From Takakia lepidozioides (lineage: Eukaryota; Plantae; Bryophyta), in the NCBI GenBank assembly GCA_030704615.1, contig CM060731.1, positions 80,228,001 through 80,292,000 of the forward strand: 64,000 bases of DNA. Reading direction: 5' to 3'. Shown here piece after piece: positions 62,900-64,000 of this stretch (within the stretch, counting starts at the first letter, position 1; each line of letters opens with the position of its first letter). A program made the translations under genes and the position numbers. A model generated the notes under the pieces. The model was not told the DNA's origin and did no database searches. It was given only the letters and a program-made list of their open reading frames with translations.

Positions 62900-64000
62900 C
62901 AGGGGAGGTGGATATGTCGCGCACCTCACTTCGGTAAACTCCCCTTCAAGTCATAGTTACTCGCTTTGATGCGCGCGCCTGACTCCCAACCTGGCCGCCG
63001 GGCCAACTTGGAGCTTCGGCTGCTCACCAGGACATAACGGTCCCCCCTTCGCTTCCCTCTAAAACCCTCCACCTAATTGGGACTAGGAGAATTCCCTTTG
63101 GTAGATGGCAGTCCGGAACAGCTCTCCACTCTTTGGTCGCTTTCCGGCTCGCTTGCTTACTCACTAGTTTTTGGTCACCAACGGGCTTGCACCGTTCTCG
63201 GGGTTACTACTCCCTATATATACTTCTGTAGCTGTCCGCGGGGGTTTCACAACCAGCCATGCCATTTTATGGCGAACCACCACGAAGACCCTCGATTCCC
63301 GGTGGTGAGTCGCGGTGAGTCTTGGCCCGCTCACCACGGCCCCTATGGACCGTGATGAGTCCCAAGACTCCCCACGACTCCCACCACGAGGTCTCCGCCC
63401 CCATGGTGAGTCCTATGCCACCCCCACTAAGTCCCACTAAGCTACCACCACCCCTTGTGGAGCCACCCCCACCGCAACCCGGTGTGCGGGGCTCCACCTA
63501 GTGAGCGCCTCCGCTTCCCTGAGTGCCTTGGGCACTCAAGGGTGCTTCAGCCCCCCTATACCTATCGCTGCCGCTGCCCCCACCACAGGGGCAGCCCCTC
63601 ATGTGTCCCGACCCCCTGCCCTCAAGGCAAAGGGCCGCGACACACACCCCTACCAACAGGGAGTCGATGTCCTCATCGACTTGTCCATTTTGTAGAAACG
63701 AACATCCAAGTTGCGGCGTCCCACATCAAGGAGTTTGTTTCTGTACCATGGCGTCCCATGGCAAAGAACCAAACCCCACACTTGACTCTACTCTCCACTA
63801 GCTAGTTCGGCCGACTTCCTCCAAGTCCCGGCCAAGGGTGGAGCCTCTCCAGCTCCTCCCAGTGCACTCTTCTTGGCCTACTTCAAGGCCAAGGAACGAT
63901 CCTCCCGAGGATCGAATCGCCTTACTGCAACAACATTGCTTGCGATCGCTCATGATGCCGCTTTTGGCATCACCTTGAGCAAGGGTTCACCTGGAACCCT
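62900..64000 (+). mobile_element. Possible 5' UTR and decayed ORF1/gag of a retroelement running off the window
   Basis: Abrupt GC-rich segment with a broken Pro/Ala-rich reading frame. No diagnostic domain is visible. Confidence 0.3.

Overview
Eukaryotic nuclear DNA from a land plant, most likely a non-seed plant such as a bryophyte or lycophyte (inferred from gene and repeat content, not proven). The left 35 kb is gene-rich. It holds a conserved plant coiled-coil protein gene (4.6-12.6 kb, +), a type II metacaspase with a greatly expanded repetitive linker (-), PsaE (-), and a head-to-head pair of mitochondrial respiratory genes: complex I NDUFB2/AGGG (-) and the complex III Rieske protein (+). 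Between these lie hAT- and mariner-like MITEs, a tRNA-derived SINE family, a compound minisatellite and a PLS-PPR remnant. The right 29 kb is transposon-rich: a degenerate Ty3/gypsy element, a restriction-like-endonuclease (Dualen/RandI-like) non-LTR remnant, a degenerate CACTA element and several copies of a zinc-knuckle LINE. The most interesting object is an AT-rich spliced gene at about 46.2-49.5 kb (-). It encodes class I KNOX1+KNOX2 (MEINOX) domains after a Cys-rich N-terminus, but I could find no ELK or homeodomain before the next gene, so it is a candidate homeodomain-less KNOX regulator. All gene models were spliced by eye, and family assignments come from recalled motifs, not database searches.
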